A stretch of DNA of 64,000 nt from Hyphococcus sp. GTDB taxonomy: Bacteria; Pseudomonadota; Alphaproteobacteria; Caulobacterales; Parvularculaceae. Below are positions 56,873 through 64,000 of the stretch, piece after piece. The position numbers and the translations under genes were made by a program. The notes beneath the pieces were generated by a model, which was given only the letters and a program-made list of their open reading frames with translations, had not been told where the DNA came from and searched no databases. The stretch spans positions 477,055-541,054 of the forward strand of contig NZ_OZ253945.1 in the NCBI RefSeq assembly GCF_965267305.1, in the 5' to 3' direction. Each line of letters opens with the position of its first letter. The stretch's first letter is position 1.

Positions 56873-58813
56873 ATGGCGCTTTCCCGCATTCTCCTGATTT
56901 CCGCCTCCTTCGCCGTGCTCGCGGCCTGTTCCCGTGGCGGCGGCGGAGATGAGACGACCTATATCGAGGATGACGCCTCATCGACCGAACCGGGAGAGGA
57001 AGAAGAAGCGATCTGGCGCGCCGCCGCGCCGGAGGACGCCGCCGACAAGTTCACCTACGCAAATTACAACGATATTCGTGTGACCCACGCCGATCTCGAC
57101 CTCAATGTCGATTTCGATGCGAAGGTGATTTCCGGAACCGCGACGCTCGATTTTGAGCGCCTAAATGATGCGGCCGACACGCTGGTGCTCGACGCCAACG
57201 ATCTGAAGATCGAGATGGTGGAGGCCAATGTGAACGGCGACTGGCTCACCGCCGGCTACACGCTGGGGCCCGACGACGCGGTCATGGGCTCGCGTTTCGC
57301 CATCAAGCTTCCCGCGGGCGCGGATCAGGTGCGCGTCGCCTATGCGACCAGCCCCGAAGCGCAAGGCATTCAGTGGCTCTCGCCGGAACAGACGGCCGGC
57401 AAGGAGCATCCCTATCTCTTCACCCAGTTCCAGCCGCTTTATGCGCGCACCATGGTTCCCTTGCAGGACACGCCCGCGGTCAGGATCACCTATGACGCGC
57501 ATCTGACGACGCCGCCCGAGCTTTTCGCTGTCATGAGCGCGCGCCAGGACGAGGATGGCGACCGCGACGGGGATTATTCCTTCAGGATGTCGCAGCCTAT
57601 CCCGTCTTATCTCCTGGCGCTTGCGGTCGGCGATATCGAATTCAAGGCGATCAGCGATCACATGGGCGTCTACGCCGAGGACTACATCCTCGACGCGTCG
57701 GCAAAAGAGTTCGAGGACACGCCGAAAATGGAAGAGGCGATCGAAGCGCTCTACGGGCCTTATCGCTGGGGCCGCTACGATCAGATCGTCCTGCCGCCGA
57801 GCTTTCCGTTCGGGGGCATGGAGAACCCGCGGTTGTCCTTCATGACGCCGACGCTGATCGCCGGCGACAAGAGCCTCACCAATGTGGTTGCGCATGAGCT
57901 CGCCCATTCCTGGTCGGGCAATCTCGTCACCAATTCCAACTGGCGCGACGCATGGCTCAATGAAGGCTTCACGAGCTATGTCGAAAACCGCACCATGGAG
58001 GCGCTCTATGGCGAGGAGCGGGCGGTGATGGAGCGCTCGCTCGACAAGAAGTCGCTGATGGAGGACATCGCGGCGGCGGCGCGGCCGGAGCTGACGGCGC
58101 TGAAAATGCCTGCGGATATGGCGCATCCGGACGATGCGTTCTCGGATGTCTCTTATGTGGGGGGCATGTTCTTCCTGAAGTTTCTTGAAACGCGCTTCGG
58201 CCGCGAGACCTTCGACGAATTCCTGCGCGGCTATTTCGAGCATTTCGCCTTCCAGTCGGTGACCACTGAGGACTTCCTCACCTATTTCGAAGACAATCTG
58301 TGGGGCGAAAACCCGGACGCCGTCAGCCAGGCGGAAATCAACGCCTGGGTCTATGAACCGGGCTTCCCGGATACGATCGAAGATCCGCAGTCCGACGCTT
58401 TCGACAAGGTGACGGCGCAGATGAACGCCTGGCTCGGCGCCGGGGATGTCGACGGTCTCGAAACCAGCGCCTGGACCACCCATGAATGGCTGCATTTCAT
58501 CCGCACGCTGCCCGACAACATTTCGACCGATCAGTTGGCGGCGCTCGATGGGCGCTTCGATCTTTCTCATTCGCAAAACGCCGAGATCGCCAATGTCTGG
58601 TATCAGGCGGCGATCAAGGCCGGATATGAGCCGGCGTTCGAGCCGCTCGACGGTTTCCTGATGAGCGTCGGGCGCGGCAAGTTCATCTACCCGCTCTATC
58701 AGACCCTCGTCGATAATGGCCGCCGCGAATGGGCGAGCGCCGTCTATGAACGCGCGCGCCCGGGCTATCATCCCATTGCGCAGCGGCGGATCGACGAGAT
58801 CTTCGCGAAGTAG
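56873..58813 (+). CDS. M1-family zinc metallopeptidase (aminopeptidase N / LTA4-hydrolase-like), lipoprotein
   Basis: It has the lipobox VLAAC, a GGMENP motif, HELAHSWSGN (HExxH) and WLNEGFTSY. Confidence 0.9.
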   Translation: MALSRILLISASFAVLAACSRGGGGDETTYIEDDASSTEPGEEEEAIWRAAAPEDAADKFTYANYNDIRVTHADLDLNVDFDAKVISGTATLDFERLNDAADTLVLDANDLKIEMVEANVNGDWLTAGYTLGPDDAVMGSRFAIKLPAGADQVRVAYATSPEAQGIQWLSPEQTAGKEHPYLFTQFQPLYARTMVPLQDTPAVRITYDAHLTTPPELFAVMSARQDEDGDRDGDYSFRMSQPIPSYLLALAVGDIEFKAISDHMGVYAEDYILDASAKEFEDTPKMEEAIEALYGPYRWGRYDQIVLPPSFPFGGMENPRLSFMTPTLIAGDKSLTNVVAHELAHSWSGNLVTNSNWRDAWLNEGFTSYVENRTMEALYGEERAVMERSLDKKSLMEDIAAAARPELTALKMPADMAHPDDAFSDVSYVGGMFFLKFLETRFGRETFDEFLRGYFEHFAFQSVTTEDFLTYFEDNLWGENPDAVSQAEINAWVYEPGFPDTIEDPQSDAFDKVTAQMNAWLGAGDVDGLETSAWTTHEWLHFIRTLPDNISTDQLAALDGRFDLSHSQNAEIANVWYQAAIKAGYEPAFEPLDGFLMSVGRGKFIYPLYQTLVDNGRREWASAVYERARPGYHPIAQRRIDEIFAK

Positions 58814-59920
58814 CTATTCGGTATTCGCAGGCGTTTCGTTGGTCGGCCCCCGCAGGAGGATCTCCAGCATCGGGCAGACCATGACATGGCCGTCGAAAAC
58901 CGCGCCGACAATCAGCGTGTTGTCCCAGACGGCGCCGACCGAAGAGCCGTTGATTTCGCCATTAACGGAGACGAGCACGTCGGAGGCGAGGCCGTTGCGC
59001 GGATTGAGGCGAATGACGTGAGACGGCGCAATCGCCTCAGGGTCTTTTGCGTGTTCCAGAAAATCGAAAATCTTCGAATGGCCCGCGATCCATAAAGCGC
59101 CGTCGCGAGAAACCTCGATATTGTCCGGCGCGGTGTGGACCCCGAGATTTTTCTGCCGTTTCAACGCGCCGGTTTCCGGATTGCGGCTGAAAACGGCGAT
59201 GCGGCGTTTCAGGAGCTCCGCGACATAGATCGACTGTCCGTCTGCGGATGTATTGATGCCGTTGGCGTAGGCGAGGCCGCCCGCGACGCTGCGGCCCTCG
59301 GCGCCGTCGAAATAAACGACATTGGTGAGCGGCAAGGCGAGATAGGCCTCCGCCATGGAAAGCGGCCCACTTTCGAAGCGCCGGTCATTGGTGGCGTAGA
59401 ACTGGCGCGGCCCGACGCCGACCACATCATTAGGCGAATGCATTTCTGGGAAGGAGACGCTTTCGAGATGGGTCAGATCGCCGGTCGCGCCCACGTCGAA
59501 GATTTCGACGATCTCTTCGCCGGACGGCGGATGATTGACGACGAAGAGACGTTTCGTTCCGTCCGCTCCGCGCCACAGGCTGATCCCGTGCGGCAGGAAA
59601 TTCTCCATTTCGGGCGAGACGCGCCGCACCGCATCCGAACCGTCGAGGCTCATAGCGTAAATCCCATTCGCCGGATTGACGTCTTCGGCGCCGGTGTCAT
59701 TGTACCAGGCGCGCCGGTCCGCCGCCGAAATGAAAGCGAGGTTCAATTCAGGATCGATGGTGACGTCTTCGGTCCCCGGCGCGACGTCTACGCGGCGGCA
59801 CTGATCTACAAGCTTGGTGTCGAGCTCGGCGAATGCGCCGGACCCCGGAATAAGATGAAAGGCCATCCGGCCGGCGATGACGATCGCCAGAATGGCCAAT
59901 ATCCACAAGAACAGCCGCAT
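58814..59920 (-). CDS. membrane-anchored beta-propeller protein, paraoxonase/arylesterase or SMP-30-like
   Basis: It has an N-terminal TM anchor. The GTEDVTIDPE...AFISAADRR segment and the repeated blade pattern are reminiscent of the PON/strictosidine-synthase family. Confidence 0.65.
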   Translation of the reverse strand: MRLFLWILAILAIVIAGRMAFHLIPGSGAFAELDTKLVDQCRRVDVAPGTEDVTIDPELNLAFISAADRRAWYNDTGAEDVNPANGIYAMSLDGSDAVRRVSPEMENFLPHGISLWRGADGTKRLFVVNHPPSGEEIVEIFDVGATGDLTHLESVSFPEMHSPNDVVGVGPRQFYATNDRRFESGPLSMAEAYLALPLTNVVYFDGAEGRSVAGGLAYANGINTSADGQSIYVAELLKRRIAVFSRNPETGALKRQKNLGVHTAPDNIEVSRDGALWIAGHSKIFDFLEHAKDPEAIAPSHVIRLNPRNGLASDVLVSVNGEINGSSVGAVWDNTLIVGAVFDGHVMVCPMLEILLRGPTNETPANTE

Positions 59921-60066
59921 TGACGCTCACCCCGCCGCCTGCCTCCTTCAGCAGACGGCGCCTCCAGCCCGGAATTTAGCTTACCGCAGCCGGGCCGTCT
60001 GCGCCAGCCGCTTGGATTTCCGGGGGTTTTGCGTGCATTGTAGGCGCGAAACAGCAGGCCGGAATC

Positions 60067-61032
60067 ATGACGGAAAAAAGCATCATCGCCACGCCGCGGC
60101 GCCTGCCCGGCGCGCTCGCCGGATTGTTGCGGGCGACATACGAGGTTCGCGAGCCAGAGGGCGACGTCGCCGCACCGGGCGAATTCGCGGGTTATGCGGA
60201 AGGCGCGGAAGCAGTCTTCGCCACGGCCTTTGACGATATGGATGAAGGATTTATTCGCGATCTGCCGGAGAGTGTGAAGCTGATCGCCTCCATCGGCGTC
60301 GGCGTCGACCATATCGATCTCGAGGCGGCGAAGCGTCGTGGGATCGCCGTCTCCAACACGCCGGAAGTGACGACCGCCTGCCTTGCGGACACGACCATGG
60401 GCCTCATCATCGCCGCTTGCCGCCGTTTCCGCGAGGGTCTTGATATTGCGCGCACTGGCGAAGGGCGCGGCATGCTGACGCCGGAGACCTGGGGCCAGCG
60501 CGTCACTGGCCGCACGCTGGGCATTATCGGCATGGGCAATGTCGGCAAAGAGGTCGCCAAGCGCGCCCAAGGCTTCGATCTGAAGATCATTTACACGACG
60601 CCGAGGCCTTCGCCGGAAATCGACAAGGCGTATAACGCCCGCGCCGTCGCGCTTGATGACTTGCTGAAACAGGCGGACATCATCTCGCTGCATTGTCCGC
60701 TGAAACCCGAAACCCATCATCTCATCGACGGGGCGGCGATCGAAAAGATGAAACCCTCTGCGGTGATCATCAACATCTCGCGGGGGCCGGTGATCGATGA
60801 AATGGCGCTGATCGCGGCGCTGAAGTCGGGACGGCTGTTCGCGGCGGGACTCGATGTCTTTGAAACCGAACCAGCGCCGATCCGCGAAGAACTCTATTCG
60901 CTGCCCAATGTCTTCTGCCTGCCACATATCGCGTCCGCAACCTGGGAAAGCCGGTCCGCCATGGCGATGCGTGTTCTCGCCAACATCAATGCGTATTTTG
61001 AAACCGGCGCTCCGGCGGACCGGGTGGTCTAG
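60067..61032 (+). CDS. D-isomer-specific 2-hydroxyacid dehydrogenase (glyoxylate/hydroxypyruvate reductase-like)
   Basis: It contains GIIGMGNVGKEVAKR (NAD binding), INISRGPVIDE, and a catalytic His context LPHIASAT. Confidence 0.9.
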   Translation: MTEKSIIATPRRLPGALAGLLRATYEVREPEGDVAAPGEFAGYAEGAEAVFATAFDDMDEGFIRDLPESVKLIASIGVGVDHIDLEAAKRRGIAVSNTPEVTTACLADTTMGLIIAACRRFREGLDIARTGEGRGMLTPETWGQRVTGRTLGIIGMGNVGKEVAKRAQGFDLKIIYTTPRPSPEIDKAYNARAVALDDLLKQADIISLHCPLKPETHHLIDGAAIEKMKPSAVIINISRGPVIDEMALIAALKSGRLFAAGLDVFETEPAPIREELYSLPNVFCLPHIASATWESRSAMAMRVLANINAYFETGAPADRVV

Positions 61033-61046
61033 GGCGTATCGGCCGC

Positions 61047-61904
61047 ATGGAGCAGGGGCCTGTGATTGTCATCGGCGCCGGCGGCGCGGTCGGCTTTGAA
61101 GCCGTAAGAGCGCTGCGCGCGCGCAACATGAATGTCATCGCCACATGGCGCACGCACCGCCCTGAGACGATCGCTGCGCTTGAAGGTTTCGGCGCGACAA
61201 CGCAGCAGCTCGATCTTAAAGACGGTGAAGCTGTGCGCCGGCTTATCGAAAACGCCGCCGCCGTTCTTTTCATCCCGATCCTTACGGCTTCCGCCGCGGC
61301 GGCGCGTTATCTGAAACTCGATCAGCCGGCGGTGTTATTTTCCAGCAACAATGTCGCCATCGATTTTGACGCGGAAGTTTACGCGAAGCTTCGCGACGCG
61401 GAGAAAGAAACGAGAACCGCCGCACCCCACGCGGTTATCCTGCGCCCGACCATGATCTACGGCTATCCGGGCGACGGAAATCTTTCGCGGTTGATGAACT
61501 TCATGCGGCGCTCGCCTGTAACGCCTATGCCGGGCAAGGGGCGCGCCCTGCAGCAGCCGGTTTATTACGCGGATCTCGCCCGCGCAGCGGTTGACGCCTT
61601 GCTTGACGGAAATGCAATCGGCAAAACCTTCGCTGTCGCAGGGCCAGAGCCCGTCACGCTTAAAGACATGTATCGAACAGCGAAGGCGGCGGCGCGCGCA
61701 AACACCGCAATTCTCTCAATGCCGACGTCGTCAGCCGGAAAACTGATGCAGGCTGTCGAGAAGGCAGGCGTGAAGTTTCCGCTGAAATCGGCGCAGCTTT
61801 TGCGCGCCGATATGGACAAGATTCCGCAAGGCGAACACATAATCCTCACGCAGACGGGTTTGCAGGAAGGCCTGCAAAAACTCGCTGCAGCGATGGCGGA
61901 ATAG
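61047..61904 (+). CDS. NAD(P)-binding Rossmann-fold (NmrA/epimerase-like) oxidoreductase
   Basis: It has the N-terminal [11 protein letters not shown] motif and is 285 aa long. Confidence 0.7.
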   Translation: MEQGPVIVIGAGGAVGFEAVRALRARNMNVIATWRTHRPETIAALEGFGATTQQLDLKDGEAVRRLIENAAAVLFIPILTASAAAARYLKLDQPAVLFSSNNVAIDFDAEVYAKLRDAEKETRTAAPHAVILRPTMIYGYPGDGNLSRLMNFMRRSPVTPMPGKGRALQQPVYYADLARAAVDALLDGNAIGKTFAVAGPEPVTLKDMYRTAKAAARANTAILSMPTSSAGKLMQAVEKAGVKFPLKSAQLLRADMDKIPQGEHIILTQTGLQEGLQKLAAAMAE

Positions 61905-61938
61905 CGCCCGCATAAGGCGAAAAGTACATCGCAAGGTT

Positions 61939-62155
61939 GAATTCTTCAATATTTCCCAGTGTTGGTGCGTAGTTATCCACCACCTTCGCTGCGGGCTTAT
62001 AGTCAGTGTCCAACGCTATTTCGTGCGCTGCGCCAGACGCATCTTGGCGGGCGTGCGGGATGACGAAAGAAAGACTGAACATGAGCCGGAGCAGAAAATG
62101 TCAAATGGCGCCACATTCGCCGCAACGCCAATAAATATGCGGATGAAAATCGGCG
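61939..62155 (+). repeat. copy B of the duplicated ~215-nt intergenic element (candidate sRNA or regulatory element)
   Basis: It aligns to the reverse complement of 14124..14334. It lies in a 262-nt gap between two convergent genes. Confidence 0.7.
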
Positions 62156-62166
62156 GCTTCAAGGTT

Positions 62167-63462
62167 TTACCGGTCCCGCCGCAGCACACGCGCCGCCTGT
62201 ACGGCTTCCTTGCCGAACTTCTCGCGCAGCGCGTCGATGGCCTTCTCCGCCTTGGCGATCTTTTCATTGCTGTCGCCGAACAGATCCGGCGCAGCGGCGT
62301 TGTCGCTGGCGAAAGAGAGGCCGGAAAAGCCGACGCCGATGAGACGGTAGGCTTTCCCTTGCGCCGCATCGTGAAGCATGGGTTTCGCGGCCCCAAACGC
62401 GATACGCGCGAGATTGGCCGGCGCATCGAGCGTCGTGCGCCGCGTGATGGTTTTGAAGTCGGCGGTCTTCAGCTTCAGCGTCACCGTGCGGCCTTCAAAG
62501 CCGGACGCTTTCATACGTGCCGACACTTTCTCGCACAGCTCCCAAAGAACGTCTTCGAGCCAGTTCACGTCGCGATGATCTTCGTTGAAGGTGGTTTCCG
62601 CGGAAACGCTCTTGGTTTCGCGTTCCGGTTTGACGGCGCGCGCATCGTCGCCTTGAGAAAGCCGCGCCAGCCTGAGGCCCATTTCGCCATAACGTTTGGC
62701 GAGGGTTCCCGCGTCCATCGTCTGCAACTGGCCGATGGTCGCGATGCCGTCTTCGCGCAGCTTCGCCGCCATGGCCGCGCCGACGCCCCAGATCATCGTC
62801 ACCTTTTGGCGCGCGAGGAACGATTTCGTCTCCGCCTCGCCGATGATGGAAAAACCCTGGGGCTTGTCGAGATCGGACGCCATCTTGGCGAGAAATTTGT
62901 TGTGGGAAAGGCCGATGGAGGCGGTGACGCCGAGCTCGTCTTTGACCCGCGCCTGAAGTTTCGCCAGCGTCACCGCCGGCGGGCCGCCATGCACCCGCGA
63001 CGTGCCGGTCAGATCCATGAAGGCTTCATCGATAGACAAGGGTTCGACGAGCGGCGTGAGGTCGAGCATCATCTTGCGGACGGCGCGGCCGACCTCGGCG
63101 TATTTCGCCATATTCGGCTTGATGATGACGGCGTCAGGACAGGCTTCGCGCGCCTTGAACATGGGCATCGCCGATCTGACCCCATAAGTTCGCGCCACAT
63201 AACAGGCGGTCGAGACCACGCCCCGGACCCCGCCGCCGATAATCACGGGCAGGTCTTCAAGCGCCGGATTGTCCCGTTTCTCGATCGCCGCATAAAAGGC
63301 GTCGCAGTCGAGATGGGCGATGGAGAGCGCGAAGATTTCCGGATGGGCGGCGATTCGCACCGAGCCGCAGGCCGGGCAGCGGGGCCTCGCGACCCCGCCA
63401 GCCAGCGTAAGCGGCCGGTAACAATCCCGGCAAAACCCTGGAATTTCACTCTTTTCAGACAT
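62167..63462 (-). CDS. dinB: DNA polymerase IV with an N-terminal CxxC...CxxC zinc-ribbon extension
   Basis: 431 aa. It contains the Y-family motifs [14 protein letters not shown] and [10 protein letters not shown]. The N-terminal extension is FCRDCYRP...RCPACGS. Confidence 0.92.
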   Translation of the reverse strand: MSEKSEIPGFCRDCYRPLTLAGGVARPRCPACGSVRIAAHPEIFALSIAHLDCDAFYAAIEKRDNPALEDLPVIIGGGVRGVVSTACYVARTYGVRSAMPMFKAREACPDAVIIKPNMAKYAEVGRAVRKMMLDLTPLVEPLSIDEAFMDLTGTSRVHGGPPAVTLAKLQARVKDELGVTASIGLSHNKFLAKMASDLDKPQGFSIIGEAETKSFLARQKVTMIWGVGAAMAAKLREDGIATIGQLQTMDAGTLAKRYGEMGLRLARLSQGDDARAVKPERETKSVSAETTFNEDHRDVNWLEDVLWELCEKVSARMKASGFEGRTVTLKLKTADFKTITRRTTLDAPANLARIAFGAAKPMLHDAAQGKAYRLIGVGFSGLSFASDNAAAPDLFGDSNEKIAKAEKAIDALREKFGKEAVQAARVLRRDR

Positions 63463-63483
63463 TTAGCGGTCAAAAACCCGTCA

Positions 63484-63498
63484 GAACCGGCCGGAAAC
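63484..63498. promoter_or_regulatory. possible alphaproteobacterial-type SOS (LexA) box, imperfect
   Basis: The sequence is GAAC-cggccgg-AAAC, one mismatch from the GAAC-N7-GAAC direct repeat. It lies 22-36 nt upstream of the dinB start codon. Confidence 0.2.
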
Positions 63499-63609
63499 GG
63501 AGGCCGGGACGTTCAAGATAAACATTCAATTAAGACCTTTTGCGCAAAACTTTCCATCTCAAGGGCCGATTCGCGTATGGGGGCCCGAAGGACGGACAAA
63601 AGGCGTACT

Positions 63610-64000
63610 ATGTCGGCCATGGAAAAGCTCGATTATTCAACTGAGCCCAAGACGGTGCTGATCGTTGAGGACAACGAGCTGAACATGAAGCTGTTCAGAG
63701 ACCTTCTGGAGATTCACGGCTACCAGACGCTCGAAGCCCGCACCGGGCCAGAAGCGCTGGAGGCCCTGAAAGATAACCATCCCGATCTCATCCTCATGGA
63801 TATCCAGCTGCCGGAAGTTTCCGGGCTGGAAGTCACCCGCGAAATCAAGAGCAGCCCCGAGCTCGCCGACATACCGGTGATCGCCGTCACGGCTTTCGCA
63901 ATGAAAGGCGACGAAGAACGCATACGCCAGGGAGGGTGCGAGGATTATATCGCCAAACCTATCTCTGTGGCGGCGTTTCTTGAGAAAGTGAAAAGGTATT
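63610..64000 (+). CDS. divK: single-domain response regulator DivK (3' end outside window)
   Basis: It is not in the ORF track because no stop falls inside the window. The translation ...[21 protein letters not shown]...[19 protein letters not shown]...[33 protein letters not shown] is nearly collinear with Caulobacter DivK. An alternative ATG lies at 63619. Confidence 0.85.
   Translation, partial: MSAMEKLDYSTEPKTVLIVEDNELNMKLFRDLLEIHGYQTLEARTGPEALEALKDNHPDLILMDIQLPEVSGLEVTREIKSSPELADIPVIAVTAFAMKGDEERIRQGGCEDYIAKPISVAAFLEKVKRY

Noticed and set aside
62044-64000. A + strand frame that stays open from ~62044 through the whole dinB antisense region, the intergenic gap and divK to the window end.
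   Set aside because: Only the last part (from ATG 63610 or 63619) matches a real protein, DivK. The remainder is the codon-aligned antisense of dinB and is a GC-rich artefact. This also explains why divK is missing from the ORF track.
1-64000. A whole-window check for rRNA, tRNA, CRISPR arrays, IS elements, transposases, integrases, prophage genes, toxin-antitoxin pairs and known defence systems.
   Set aside because: I found no T-loop-like GGTTCGAATCC-type tRNA signatures and no short regular direct-repeat arrays. No ORF has transposase, integrase, phage or TA hallmarks. The visual scan could miss small or degenerate elements.

Overview
This is a high-GC chromosomal segment. Hand-counted 60-nt samples of typical genes give about 60-70% G+C. 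I place it in an alphaproteobacterium by inference from gene content and synteny: a DivK-type response regulator, DinB with an N-terminal Zn-ribbon, purL followed by bolA, TadE/TadG pseudopilins, and a GAAC-N7-type SOS-like motif.

About 58 protein-coding genes can be supported. They are densely packed and often overlap at stop/start codons. Core genes are dnaE, galU, recG, korA/korB, a gabT-like aminotransferase, tal, zntB, ettA, purL, bolA-like, dinB and divK (3' end cut by the window). Other genes include a TonB-dependent receptor, an MscK-like channel, a hybrid histidine kinase, a stand-alone Hpt protein, three class-C beta-lactamase-family serine hydrolases, an M1 peptidase, and a TadE-TadE-TadG(VWA) trio.

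I found no rRNA, tRNA, CRISPR array, transposase, integrase or recognisable phage gene. I also found no recognisable multi-gene defence island. The long antisense ORFs in the track are GC-rich shadow frames.

The most interesting things I could support, in order:
1. A roughly 215-nt non-coding element occurs twice, 47 kb apart and in opposite orientation (14124-14334 and 61939-62155). It has two strongly conserved blocks flanking a variable spacer.
2. Two single-gene low-GC islets (18851-19336 and 54941-55582) sit at the 3' ends of conserved operons. The second sits directly after bolA, where a monothiol glutaredoxin gene is often found.
3. purL carries an extra segment of about 90 codons in its inter-domain linker. 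It also runs in frame, without a stop, into bolA.
4. Two exported-protein genes are wedged between korA and korB.
5. A membrane-anchored, extremely acidic, Met-rich repeat protein has an antisense strand that reads as a His-rich mirror ORF.

Every functional call is from motif recognition by eye, and none has been checked against a database.
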